Shown: positions 32,936 to 43,592 of the stretch, in pieces
How positions within the stretch are numbered: position 1 is the stretch's first letter
Layout of the letters: the number at the start of each line of letters is the position of its first letter
DNA from: Williopsis jadinii
Lineage: Eukaryota
Length of the DNA: 64,000 nt
Direction: 5' to 3'
NCBI GenBank assembly: GCA_024346625.1
Contig: AP024665.1
Span: 992,001-1,056,000 of the forward strand
Translations under genes and position numbers: made by a program
Notes under the pieces: generated by a model
What the model was told of the DNA's origin: nothing
Databases searched by the model: none
The model's input: the letters and a program-made list of their open reading frames with translations, nothing else

Positions 32936-35185
32936 ATGAGGTATCAAGAAGTGTCTACAGACATTCCGCCTGGTGAAGGTGAGCTACCACGCGACCCGCC
33001 TGTTTACGAGGACATCGAGGCACAATGTGATGACGGAACGCCATCGTCATCACAGAGGAACTCACAGGACTCCCTGGCGAGGGAGTTCGAGATAATGGAG
33101 ATGGAAGATCCAGGGCCAGCGATGCTGTCGCTGTCTCAACGGTGGAGAAGCTCGTTCAGATCAAAAGTGCGTGCCGTGCGCACCAACGTTCTGGACCCTT
33201 TGGCTGAAGGCTACTCCCATTGTCAACGGATATGGGAGATGCAGTTAGCACGCTTGGGAAACCCGCTGATCGTCAAGAGGTTTGTGTACGTTATCGCGGT
33301 GGCGATCGTGGTGTTCTTCGTTGCGACGAGTGGGTTCATGCCTGAGGATAACTCGAGACAAGGTGGCTCGTTTAGCGATAGGTCTCTGCTGCTCGATTTT
33401 GCCAAAAGCATTGTTGATTTGGGTGCTATGGAGGAACATTTGGAATACCTGAGCTCATTGGAACACATCTCGGGAACAGCCGGTGATCTAGTCCTTGCCA
33501 AATATATCGAGAAGTACTTTGGTCAGAAGGACCTTGTGTTTGATGGGCTGGAGGAGATGAAGACGCTTTCTGTTTTCCCAGAATCTATAACACTGAAATT
33601 TGACCAGGAAGAGTGGGACCTGACACACCAGTTCAACTTCCTTTCCAAAGACGGCGAGGTTGAGAATGGTATCGTCTATATGAATCACGGTACTGTCTCT
33701 GACTTTGCCAAGCTAGACGAATCCAAGGTGGACTACCAAGGTGCTATTTGCTTAATGAAATATGGTCGCATATCAGAGAGTGAGAAGATGCTCATCTCAG
33801 AGAATAAGGGATGTGCAGCTGTGCTGTTCACATCCGAGTCTGACGCATTCCCAGATTCAGCAGAGAGAAGAGGAGTAGGCATACCACAGTTTTACCCTGG
33901 TGATCCACATATGGAAGGTTGGTACACAGATGAAACACCACATGCTGATTTCCCAGACTCAAGAATACCCAAGATACCTAGCGCAGTGCTAACGTGGAAC
34001 CAGGCAAAGAAGATCTGGGATAAATTATCAAATGGTGTGGAGTTTGATTTTAACTCTGGTGATAAGACATTAAGGGCAACTTTCAAGAACCAAATAGTAA
34101 CCAAGCAGGATCACCTCTCTTGGAATGTCAACGGTGAAATTATCGGGAAGGAACAAAAGGATAAAGTTCTTGTGATTGGTGCTGCAAGAGATGCACCATG
34201 TACAGGTGCTGTTAACCCGAATACCGGAACCGTTATCCTTCTTGAACTTATCAACGTGCTGTACAAACTGAGGACCAAGTTCAACTGGAAACCTTTGCGA
34301 ACAATCAGATTCATCTCATTAGGTGGCTCACAAACAAACTTTGATGGTGCTGTCTTGCACAGTACCACAAGCCAGAGTATGTTTTACTTGGACCTTAGCG
34401 AAGCAATTGCAGGTGACGATCTTGAAGTTACATCATCCCCTCTTCTAGAAAGTACACTGAACCTCTATAAAGATGAATATAACCTGCAGTTCAAGAAATG
34501 GGATAAGTATTCCAACGCCCTACCTTTTATTGGTAAAGGTGTTCCCTCAATGACAGTTGGTTACAAGGGAAAGAAATATCCACAGTATTCGTGCGACGAT
34601 ACATTCGAAAACTTCAAGAGTCTACAGATTGATCCGCAGTTTGAAAAACATCGTGATTTGCTAGAGTTTGTTCTTAAGATTGTTCTCCATCTAGTTGATG
34701 ATCCACTGATACCTTTCGATATGAACGATTATGAAAAGGAACTGAAAGAAGCATTGGCTCATCTGGAGGACTACGCTAAGAAGACTCAACCTGCAGTTAA
34801 TTACGAGTTTAACAATATGAAAACCGCCATCAGCAATCTAGGGCAAATAGGACGTGAGATGGCCAATTGGGAACGTGCCTGGAAGGAGATTGTTGATGAA
34901 GATGGTGGTCTGGAACCTTCGTTACTTACTGTTCATCGTTGGAACTGGAATAACAAGTTGAGTGGGCTAGAAAAGTTTTTTATTGGACGTGAAGGATTAC
35001 CAAGTAGATGGTGGTATAAGAATTATCTCTTCTCCCCGCAGATGTTCAACCCAGAAGATGATGATCTTTGGTGGACGTTCCCTTCAATTCGTGATGCCTT
35101 ATTCTTTGGACAGGATGCACAACTTCAGATAGAAACTGTCGCACAGTTGATAATGGATGGAGTAAAGCATTTCATCCAAAGATGA
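32936..35185 (+). CDS. TRE1: Transferrin-receptor-like Rsp5 adaptor Tre1/Tre2
   Basis: PPxY motif (DPPVY), one TM, PA domain, degenerate M28 site (GAARDA), synteny with SPT14. Confidence 0.85.
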   Translation: MRYQEVSTDIPPGEGELPRDPPVYEDIEAQCDDGTPSSSQRNSQDSLAREFEIMEMEDPGPAMLSLSQRWRSSFRSKVRAVRTNVLDPLAEGYSHCQRIWEMQLARLGNPLIVKRFVYVIAVAIVVFFVATSGFMPEDNSRQGGSFSDRSLLLDFAKSIVDLGAMEEHLEYLSSLEHISGTAGDLVLAKYIEKYFGQKDLVFDGLEEMKTLSVFPESITLKFDQEEWDLTHQFNFLSKDGEVENGIVYMNHGTVSDFAKLDESKVDYQGAICLMKYGRISESEKMLISENKGCAAVLFTSESDAFPDSAERRGVGIPQFYPGDPHMEGWYTDETPHADFPDSRIPKIPSAVLTWNQAKKIWDKLSNGVEFDFNSGDKTLRATFKNQIVTKQDHLSWNVNGEIIGKEQKDKVLVIGAARDAPCTGAVNPNTGTVILLELINVLYKLRTKFNWKPLRTIRFISLGGSQTNFDGAVLHSTTSQSMFYLDLSEAIAGDDLEVTSSPLLESTLNLYKDEYNLQFKKWDKYSNALPFIGKGVPSMTVGYKGKKYPQYSCDDTFENFKSLQIDPQFEKHRDLLEFVLKIVLHLVDDPLIPFDMNDYEKELKEALAHLEDYAKKTQPAVNYEFNNMKTAISNLGQIGREMANWERAWKEIVDEDGGLEPSLLTVHRWNWNNKLSGLEKFFIGREGLPSRWWYKNYLFSPQMFNPEDDDLWWTFPSIRDALFFGQDAQLQIETVAQLIMDGVKHFIQR

Positions 35186-35302
35186 AATCTAGTTATATAT
35201 TCGGGACACGTACGTGAGTATCAGTTATGACTTTTTATAAATTTATGGTTTTCTTATAAAATAACGAACTTTGGAATGTAGAACCTTTCTGTTAAAGCCA
35301 TT

Positions 35303-37360
35303 TCACATAGTTCGACCACGACCGTTGATCTGGCTATCCTGACCGAACGAATCGTCTTCAAAATCCGAGCTCTTTGCAGCGATGTCCAATGAAGCAACAT
35401 TTTGTTCTAAATCTTCAACGCTATCCCCTTCTTCGTCCTCTTCAATGACCGATGCCTTGGACCTCTTGAACTTTGAAGAGGACGGTGGAATCCCCATAAC
35501 AGAGGTTTTGCCTAGTGGGCTTCTGCCACGACGTGCTGCTGATCTGGGAAAGATGGAGTCATTAAAACGACGACCTCTAGAGAACTGGACAACCCGAATG
35601 TCTGGTCCATGAGAGGTATCGTATAAAGAGTTCAGAGCAGAACTCTTTTCAGAAGCCGAAGAGTTTGAAGATATAATGCTCAACGAACGGCGTGTCTGTT
35701 TTATAGAGTTCTCCGTGCTTGACTTTCTAATGAAGCTAGGCCTTTGAACCGTTGGAGTATCATTGTCCGTGGTTAACGAAGTGGTTGAGAGGTCGGACAT
35801 TGCAGTGAAGCTCGACATTGCAGACTGTTGAGAGAGAACAGATGCAGGTCTTGTTCTCTGAGCATTTCCACTCGGTAGTCTCGTAGAGACGCTTGGTTCT
35901 TTTATGACGATGCTCTGTTTCCTTCCATCTCTCTGGTTGTTATTCCTATTTTCATTTTGATCTGGGCTTTGTTTCTGTTGGTCTGTATGCGTGATATTCG
36001 ACGTTGCTATGCTGTTCATTCTTGAGTGTCCAATTGGATGTGTGTTGGAGTCATCCTTTTTATTGATCTTTAACAATTTGGACATCTTCTGTAAGAAAGT
36101 GGTCTTCTTCTTTTCAGGTGAAGTCTCTGACCCATTCATCAGTGATTGTGTATCCTTTTGAGAAAATTGTGATCTGAGAGAGACCATTCTTGAAAGCTGT
36201 GGAGTTGATACTGGATCCATCAGTTGGCTGACTCTTCTCGTAGTGCTTGAAGCTGTAATTCTCAGCACTGAACGACTTCTGGCCTTGTACTTTTTAGATT
36301 CTTTTTTCTTCTCTTTCTCGAGAAGCAATTCGTATAGCCCTGACAAAGAGTCGCATTGTTTGTTGATGACACTTTTCTTCATCGCATGTGTATCAACTCC
36401 TAACGATTTTAACTTCTTCAAGAGGTTCTTCTCGGTCTTTGAGGAGAAGTATCTCTGATCATATGCATTCTTCACCAGCGTATCTGAGATTTCAAGCTGA
36501 TTTTGTCCTTCGAAATCAAGGAACTTGTCCAATAGAATCTCCTTTGCTGTTGGCCGTTTTGATGGATCTTTGCTCAACATCTTTCTCATCAGTTGAATTG
36601 CATCCTGTGGAATATCAATCTTAAACTTTGGTTCTTCTTGAACTATTGATATCTGAGTTTTCATCTCATTATCTTCATCAAAGGGCATTCCACCGTATAG
36701 TAAGGTATATAGGATGACACCCAGTGACCAGATGTCAATCTTGAAGCCGTCATATTTCTTCTTCTCAATGAGTTCAGGCGCCATATAAACGGTGGTTCCA
36801 CATATTGTCTCCAGCATGTTTCTCGCCTCGCACTCTCGTGTAAATCCAAAGTCACTTAGCTTTGCATTTCTCTTCTTATCCAGTAGAATATTCTCCAATT
36901 TCAAGTCCCTGTGAATACAATGTAACGAATGAGCATAGTAAACAGCACCGACTATTTGTGCAAACAGCTTTCTCGTTTCATCCACCGAGACTCTACCTGA
37001 TGCCAGTAGATAATCCAGCAATTCCTTACCAGGACAGTACTCCAGCACCAGCCATACCCTCCCTTCACATATCACCAACTCATAAAGCCTTGTAATATGA
37101 GGGTGTTTGAACTGACGATGGTAGAAAACCTCTCGCACCAGGTTGGGATCATGTTTGGAACCAGTCTTCAGCACAACTTTTGTATGTGTCAGCTTGTGCA
37201 TCGCAAGGTACACCTTCCCGAACGCACCGGAACCAATCAACTTGATGATGGTATAGTTCCCGACTTCTTGAATATCATCACAGCAGAACTTCGTGTACAG
37301 CTTGTTGTAGGACTCGGCTATTTGGGCCTTCTCATTATGCATAGCTCTTCCATTCATCAT
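35303..37360 (-). CDS. Ser/Thr protein kinase, YPL150W-like (AMPK/MARK-related)
   Basis: IGSGAFGKV, HRDLKLEN, SDFGF, DPNLVREVFYHRQF; Ser-rich C-terminal tail. Confidence 0.9.
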   Translation of the reverse strand: MMNGRAMHNEKAQIAESYNKLYTKFCCDDIQEVGNYTIIKLIGSGAFGKVYLAMHKLTHTKVVLKTGSKHDPNLVREVFYHRQFKHPHITRLYELVICEGRVWLVLEYCPGKELLDYLLASGRVSVDETRKLFAQIVGAVYYAHSLHCIHRDLKLENILLDKKRNAKLSDFGFTRECEARNMLETICGTTVYMAPELIEKKKYDGFKIDIWSLGVILYTLLYGGMPFDEDNEMKTQISIVQEEPKFKIDIPQDAIQLMRKMLSKDPSKRPTAKEILLDKFLDFEGQNQLEISDTLVKNAYDQRYFSSKTEKNLLKKLKSLGVDTHAMKKSVINKQCDSLSGLYELLLEKEKKKESKKYKARSRSVLRITASSTTRRVSQLMDPVSTPQLSRMVSLRSQFSQKDTQSLMNGSETSPEKKKTTFLQKMSKLLKINKKDDSNTHPIGHSRMNSIATSNITHTDQQKQSPDQNENRNNNQRDGRKQSIVIKEPSVSTRLPSGNAQRTRPASVLSQQSAMSSFTAMSDLSTTSLTTDNDTPTVQRPSFIRKSSTENSIKQTRRSLSIISSNSSASEKSSALNSLYDTSHGPDIRVVQFSRGRRFNDSIFPRSAARRGRSPLGKTSVMGIPPSSSKFKRSKASVIEEDEEGDSVEDLEQNVASLDIAAKSSDFEDDSFGQDSQINGRGRTM

Positions 37361-37977
37361 CTAAAGGAGACGCACACTGGCACGGAGTAGACGAAACCAA
37401 CTCTCCTCTATCCTTGTATAGCTGTATATGTATTACCTCTCCGCAAACACTCTCACGCACCCCCTCTTCTCTCAGCAGTGTATGCTACTCTTGCCAATCG
37501 ACGAGCTCTGAACTCGGCACCAGCCCCAGAAACCACAACTGAAACACACGGACAAAATTGAGAGATCAGTCTAATCTCTTTAGTCTAAGCAAAAACAACA
37601 GTCTGAAAGTATCCTCCAACCAGATTCGCCACCCCTTTGTACTGGTAATTGGTGACGAAGAACAGTGCTCAACCGCCTACGACTTATTCCCCATCCGTAC
37701 ACATCAGCACACCAGCATACACAGACAGAGCGTCCACCGTGGGAAGACATACCAAATGCTGCGCGTACCGGGTTTCCAGAGCACAACAACAACAGAAGTC
37801 GGAACTGATCAAAATTGCCTTTCCACTACCTTCAAAGGTCGGAATTGGGTGGTTAAGCGCTCGAAGAAAAAGGAAAAAAGTCTAATTTTTCAAATGGACA
37901 CAAAACGGACAAAGAGGACATTTGGGCTCTTCATCGTTGACGGACTGAGCTGAGCAAGAGACAAGAGGCGGTAAACA

Positions 37978-38877
37978 ATGTCATATCTCACTAAAGCAGG
38001 TGAACGTTTCCGTTTGGACTTGAAGCGCATTCCAAAGCATAGGCTGCCTTACTTTGAGAAGCTCCAGAGAGAGACCCAGCCGCCATTTATACGTCCACAG
38101 TTGGAAGTTGACCTCCACGCCGATGGCGCCGTCCCAGAGGACCCCAAGAAGCTGAAGTACCTGGTTGGTGACCGTGTGCTGATCGTCAAGGGTGCGAAGA
38201 CCGGTAACGTGTGTAAGATCTCTCGTCATGTCGAGCACGGTGGCTATATTCTCGATGAAAATGGACCTTCCACGACCGTTGTTGTGCCTAAGCAGTTCTG
38301 GACTGAAGGCCAGAGATCCCACGTTGTCACGTTCCCTAAGCCAGTGACGGAGGATCAAATCAAGCTTATCACACAGATCGAAGACGACGTGACGCACGAG
38401 ACTAAGACGGTCGCCGTGGAGAACGTTGAGTTCAAGGGAACGTACTACGACGAGGACTACAAGAAGGAGATGCCTTATAGAATGGTTTACGGCGATGATG
38501 ATCTTGTGATTCCATGGCCAAGACCGACCCCAAAGGAGGATGGTCCTCTGTCAACTGAGGTGAACACTGTTAGAGAGAGAACGTACTTTGTCGAGAGTGT
38601 CATTAAGGACGACATCCCCTCGGACGCACTTGATAGTATTAGAAAGAAGCACTCCAAGTGGAGACGTGGTAAACTTACGAAGACGGAGGTTAAGAGACTC
38701 ACGCCTCCTGAGATGCCACTCACAGAGACAAAGAAGGCTTACTTGGCCGAGAGAGAGGCAAAGAAACAACAACCAAGGGCTCTCATCACAGACGAGATGA
38801 AGGCTTTCTTGGGCAAGAAGGTGAGAGAACACGAGGTGAAGGTGATCAAGCAATTGGAGGAACTGCAAGATTTGTAA
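37978..38877 (+). CDS. MRPL40: Mitochondrial ribosomal protein uL24m
   Basis: KOW-like GDRVLIVKGAKTG, IPWPRP; near NIP100/SPT14 as in S. cerevisiae. Confidence 0.85.
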   Translation: MSYLTKAGERFRLDLKRIPKHRLPYFEKLQRETQPPFIRPQLEVDLHADGAVPEDPKKLKYLVGDRVLIVKGAKTGNVCKISRHVEHGGYILDENGPSTTVVVPKQFWTEGQRSHVVTFPKPVTEDQIKLITQIEDDVTHETKTVAVENVEFKGTYYDEDYKKEMPYRMVYGDDDLVIPWPRPTPKEDGPLSTEVNTVRERTYFVESVIKDDIPSDALDSIRKKHSKWRRGKLTKTEVKRLTPPEMPLTETKKAYLAEREAKKQQPRALITDEMKAFLGKKVREHEVKVIKQLEELQDL

Positions 38878-39022
38878 AAGCACAACGTGGGATATTCCGC
38901 ATCATGTACATAAGTTTAATCAGTGATCAAAATAAGTAAAACACATGGAATCATCCTTGATATAAGTACGTATATGTATATATACGAATGATGAATTGTT
39001 ATAGCATACATCTGGTTATAGA

Positions 39023-41014
39023 TTAGAGCTCAATAAGGGCTTCCTCCTTAGGTTGTGGAACTTCAATGTTAGCTTGCTCGTGAGTTGAAACCACTGGTGG
39101 TGGTCTATTGACAGGAACATTGGGGAATGAGAAGTCCGTGATCTTTGCCCGTGGAACCTCCGGGGATTGTTGTTGAGTGTGTTGTGGTTGACTTGGAGAC
39201 GCAACAGGGGTCTGTTGTTGTTGTTGTTGTTGAAGTGGTTCAAGTGGATAGGCATTTTGTTGAGTTGTATTCTGTGGTGAGATAACAGATGGAGGAGCAC
39301 TGAACTCTTCACCAGCATCAGCAGCAGAAGGTGGATACGAAGGAGTTTCTTGTGACACATGTTGTTGTTGATACTCATGTTGCTGTTGTGTGCTGTCCTG
39401 ATCCTCTGGTTCAGGATAAGAGTTAGTTGGGTAAGGTGATTCAGTTGGTTGAGAATGAGGCTGCACTTGAGGTTGATAAGTTGGCTGCGGAATGCTAGAG
39501 GTGGTCTGATAAAGCTGTGGTGAGTTTTCATATGGTTGAGAATACTGCTGCTGTGGTGAGTGTTGTACCGGTTGCTGATGTTGTTGGTAATTATAACTCT
39601 GGGGTGGGTACGAAGGCACAGAAGAATATTGCTGTCTCTGTAAGGTTTCCCTTTCAATTCTGCGATCTAGCAGGGTATTGTACATCTTCATGATAGTATC
39701 AATCTTTTGATTCATGGATACAAGTTGATCATGCTTAGACAACGAATCATTGAGATCCGTTGCAAGTTTTGGTACAAGTGGAATGGCCTGTCTATAGTGT
39801 TCAACCAGCTCTGGATTATCATAGCCATACTGAGGGTTGACTTTGAATTCCTCAACTTTGCTTGCAAACTGTTCAATGCTGGATTCATCTTGTTGCGTAA
39901 TGTAGTTTGGTAGGACGTTGGGGAATTGTGCCGGATATTGCACCTGTGAATACTGCTGTTGAATTTGAGAGGACTCTGGAAGCTGCTGAGTTTGATATGG
40001 AGTAGCAGCTTGAGGAATCAGATTAGAATATGGACTTTCAACGTTTGTAGCTGGCTGAGATTGTTGTTGCTGTTCTGTTCTATGTTTTTCTTGCTCAAAT
40101 TCTCGCAAACTTGCCGCAATAGCAGCCTTCATCTCAGCATCGTCCTCATCTTCAACTGCAACTTGTTTGACTGGCTCAGGCGGTGCAACATAGCCTTGAG
40201 ATTCTTTCAAACTCAACTCCAATGCACGTTTTAGATCATCATCATCGTCACTATCATACTGAGCTCTTGCACGGGACACATCCTTATCGTGTTTAGAACG
40301 ACGATGTTTCTTACTGCTTTTCTTCTTGTAACGAATTTCATCATAGCAGCTGTCACATACCCTCACAGGTTCAGTTATACCCAAATGAGGAAGCGACATA
40401 CTCTTCGAGGAGTGAGACTGACAATAAACACCGCCACAATTTCTACAGTGATGCTTTCTGTTGATCATTGTAAACGGCGTTGAGCAGATCATACAAGCAT
40501 CCGAGTCTTCCCACTCTGGTGGTGCACTGGAGTCGAATAGCGTAGATGATAGCTGCGTGGTATTAGACGGGAAGCTGTAACCGTCATCCTGCAAATGTCT
40601 GTAAGTTGTGCCCACGTATTTCAACGAGGAGTTATCTTTAAATGCAGTGGCCCAGCTTTGAATCAATTCCAGTGCCAGATCACGCACACTTTCATTCGTC
40701 TTATCTTCATGGACGAGACTCACTAGGGAGTCCATGAACTCCCTTGAAGCCATCTCCTGGATAAAGTGCGCACCACCGTTCTTTACGCACGTATCAATCA
40801 GGTGCAGTGTTGATAGCTGTGTATTGGGGTTCTTTGTAGCAGTCAATCTCTTCTTCAACGACCTCATGGCGTCCTTAGGAGTCACCTTCTTTGAGCGAAT
40901 CAAGTCCGCCACCTCCAAAGAGGCGGCGAGGTCAGTCTCACCAAACGGAATGGACTCATCGGTCGCCCTTTCCACCTCGGCATCGATACTAGTAGATGAG
41001 CTGAACCACGACAT
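39023..41014 (-). CDS. VPS27: ESCRT-0 subunit Vps27
   Basis: ATG 41014; VHS domain, FYVE RKHHCRNCG, two UIMs, C-terminal LIEL clathrin box. Confidence 0.96.
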   Translation of the reverse strand: MSWFSSSTSIDAEVERATDESIPFGETDLAASLEVADLIRSKKVTPKDAMRSLKKRLTATKNPNTQLSTLHLIDTCVKNGGAHFIQEMASREFMDSLVSLVHEDKTNESVRDLALELIQSWATAFKDNSSLKYVGTTYRHLQDDGYSFPSNTTQLSSTLFDSSAPPEWEDSDACMICSTPFTMINRKHHCRNCGGVYCQSHSSKSMSLPHLGITEPVRVCDSCYDEIRYKKKSSKKHRRSKHDKDVSRARAQYDSDDDDDLKRALELSLKESQGYVAPPEPVKQVAVEDEDDAEMKAAIAASLREFEQEKHRTEQQQQSQPATNVESPYSNLIPQAATPYQTQQLPESSQIQQQYSQVQYPAQFPNVLPNYITQQDESSIEQFASKVEEFKVNPQYGYDNPELVEHYRQAIPLVPKLATDLNDSLSKHDQLVSMNQKIDTIMKMYNTLLDRRIERETLQRQQYSSVPSYPPQSYNYQQHQQPVQHSPQQQYSQPYENSPQLYQTTSSIPQPTYQPQVQPHSQPTESPYPTNSYPEPEDQDSTQQQHEYQQQHVSQETPSYPPSAADAGEEFSAPPSVISPQNTTQQNAYPLEPLQQQQQQQTPVASPSQPQHTQQQSPEVPRAKITDFSFPNVPVNRPPPVVSTHEQANIEVPQPKEEALIEL

Positions 41015-41240
41015 CGCTGCTGACGATAAAGGAAACAATGGATTTGGTGCTTGTGTATACCTTAGCGTTGTGTGTGTTGTCCTCCTTCCGTTGCGTATAA
41101 CTACGGTGATGTTGGCAAGGAACTGTGGACTCACCGCTTTATCTCACAACATCCAGACACCTCACCTTCATATTCCGAGGTCACAAGCCTCGGAAGTCCT
41201 CCGCGCGCGTGTGGCTTCGATGCAGCCGTGCTGTGAGTAA

Positions 41241-41267
41241 TTTCCCTTTTGGGTTAAACGTAAACAA
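41241..41267 (+). promoter_or_regulatory. Composite Mcm1-forkhead (CLB2-cluster) element upstream of HOF1
   Basis: TTTCCCTTTTGGGTT followed directly by GTAAACAA. Confidence 0.7.
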
Positions 41268-41477
41268 CATCTTCCGCACACGCAGACACAGGAACCAGCA
41301 CTTTTTCTCTTTCCGCAGCAAATTGTTTGGCCGAAAACAATATCAACAGACCCTAACGCTCTGGTAGTCTTTTCCCATCTTCTTGTTGTCTTCTATTTTT
41401 CCAGGAACTGTCTACATTCTGCAAGTTGAACCACAGGATATATCAGACAACATAAGACAAGTGTACATTCAACCGAG

Positions 41478-43434
41478 ATGGCTTCATTCAGCACAGACTT
41501 TTGGGTAAGTGACAGATGCTTCACGCTAAGCGGAGGAGTACTAACCGTAGTGACAGGGCCGGGATGAAAGAGGATCCGAAGTTGTTATAAACAGGCTCCA
41601 CCAGGGTGCACAGTCGTGCGAGGAGCTGATGAGATTTTACAAGGAGCGTATTGCGCTGGAAGAGGAGTACTCTCGTCGTCTGGAAGCCATATCGAGAAGA
41701 AGCATAGGGACGTACGAAACCGGCAATCTTAGAGAGGCCTTCGAGACACTGCGTGGTGAGACAGAGCAGATGGCCAAGTCACATTCTAACCAGGCTAAGA
41801 AACTTCAAAACGATTCGCTCAAGACTTTGTCGTCCTTCTCTTCGACTTTTGTCGCCAATCGTCAACCGGTTGAGCACTCTGTAGAAAACATAAGAAAGAG
41901 TAAGCAGGCTATGAACAGTACTGTGTTGAGATTGAAAGAGAGATACCAAGCAGAGACTACAAAGCTCAATACACTTATTGCACAGGAGTCACTCTTACTG
42001 GGAAGGGAACAAGACAAAAACAGACAAAAGATCCATCTGCAACAGGAGTTGGTGTCTGAGGTTAGACAGGAGTACCAAATATCAGTAAAGAAGTTACAAG
42101 AGCTACAAGCCACTTGGATTGATGAGTGGAGGCTCTCGAGTGCAAAACTTCAGGAGATGGAGGTTTCACGTATTGACTTTCTTCTCGCAAACATCTGGGA
42201 ATACACTAACAGTGTATCCTCTTCTTGTGTTAATGATGATGCCGCTTGTGAAACAGTTAGAAAGAGCCTGGAGCAGTGCAACGCACAACAGGAGATTGAT
42301 CTCTTTGTTCAAAAGTTTGGCACAGGGAGAGAGATCTATACGACGGAACCATTTGTGGACTACCTCAATGGTGAATCTGACGGTCAATTCAGACCAAGGG
42401 TTGTAAACACATTGTCCTCTGAGACAAGGTCCAGTTCTGATAAAACCCTTCTACAGCCCCAAGCTGCTCCTCCACTAATATCCAAGTTTGATCCGAGACA
42501 AGCTGGTACTCAAGACCAGCCTATTGATCTCGATGAGCTGCAGATCTACGAACACTCAACAATGAAGTCCCGTCCACTGACAAGAAGACCACCACCATCT
42601 GAAGATGGACAAACCTCTATCTCGAATCCATCATCTGCAGCCTCTAACCCATCTTCTATGGGTCAGTCGCTCCACAGGAACGATACCGGATACTCCAATC
42701 CAACGTCTGTTTCCAGTTTTGCTGGTAGTATTGGTTCAGAAACAAGAATTTCCAAGACTTGGAACTCACCATTGCGTCGTCGTTCAAGAAACGCTGATAA
42801 TTCTGAGGCTTGGAGTAGAAAGAGCAGCAACAGACGATCCTTTATCCTAGAAAACGAAAGAAAGGATACTGATGTCATCATGGCTCCAAGCAACGAAGAC
42901 CCGTTACGTGCAACTTTAGAGGACCTCAAGCATGGTGGTAATGGTGATATGCACAGGCTCAAGGAGATGTTGAACGACACAGATCCAAGTCAGAGACGCT
43001 CTAGAATGAGTGAAGTCCCAGATTTCAGATCATCAGGATCCAGTCAGACAACGACGGGAACAACAAGGATACTCACGAGACCAAAATCTATGATTGAAGA
43101 CATTGAACAATACCAACAACAAGAAGCTCAGAAAAGAAGCGCAAAACGGTCATCCTTCCATTCTGGTATAAGGTCTCAAAGTAGATCTAGCATTAATATT
43201 CCAGCCAAGTTGAGCAATAGTGGCTTACCAATGGTTACAAGGAACGGCAAGAGAGTTCTGAAACATGCAAAAGCATTGTTCGACTTCTCAGCAACGATTG
43301 ATGGTGAGCTAACTTTCAAGGAAGGTGATGTATTGTCTGTTCTTCATATGCAAGAAGACGGCTGGTGGGAGTGTGAACGTATGTCAAACGGTGCTGTCGG
43401 ATTGGCACCATACAATTACCTTGAAACGATATGA
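41478..43434 (+). CDS. HOF1: F-BAR/SH3 cytokinesis protein; exons 41478-41504 and 41557-43434
   Basis: Intron GTAAGT 41505, TACTAAC 41539-45, CAG 41554-56 gives MASFSTDFWGRDERG; FYKERIALEEEY; SH3 ALFDF..DGWW..GLAPYNY. Confidence 0.9.
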
Positions 43435-43592
43435 CCTGTACAATTATTATGATCTTGTTTCAGTAATAATCCTTTTATTCTGTTTTATACTACCGGACAC
43501 TACGTTGCTTATTTCAATTAAATTAAACATGTCTTTTTATTTCTTCCATTGATGTCTTTTTGTTAGTTCACTTGCAGTAGATTATTCAATAC

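Noticed and set aside
34170..34230. Missing zinc ligands in the Tre1 M28-like domain
   Set aside because: Expected for Tre1/Tre2 and transferrin-receptor-like proteins; not novel
39016..39657. 213-aa alternative-frame ORF
   Set aside because: Arises from the Q/P-rich low-complexity tail of VPS27
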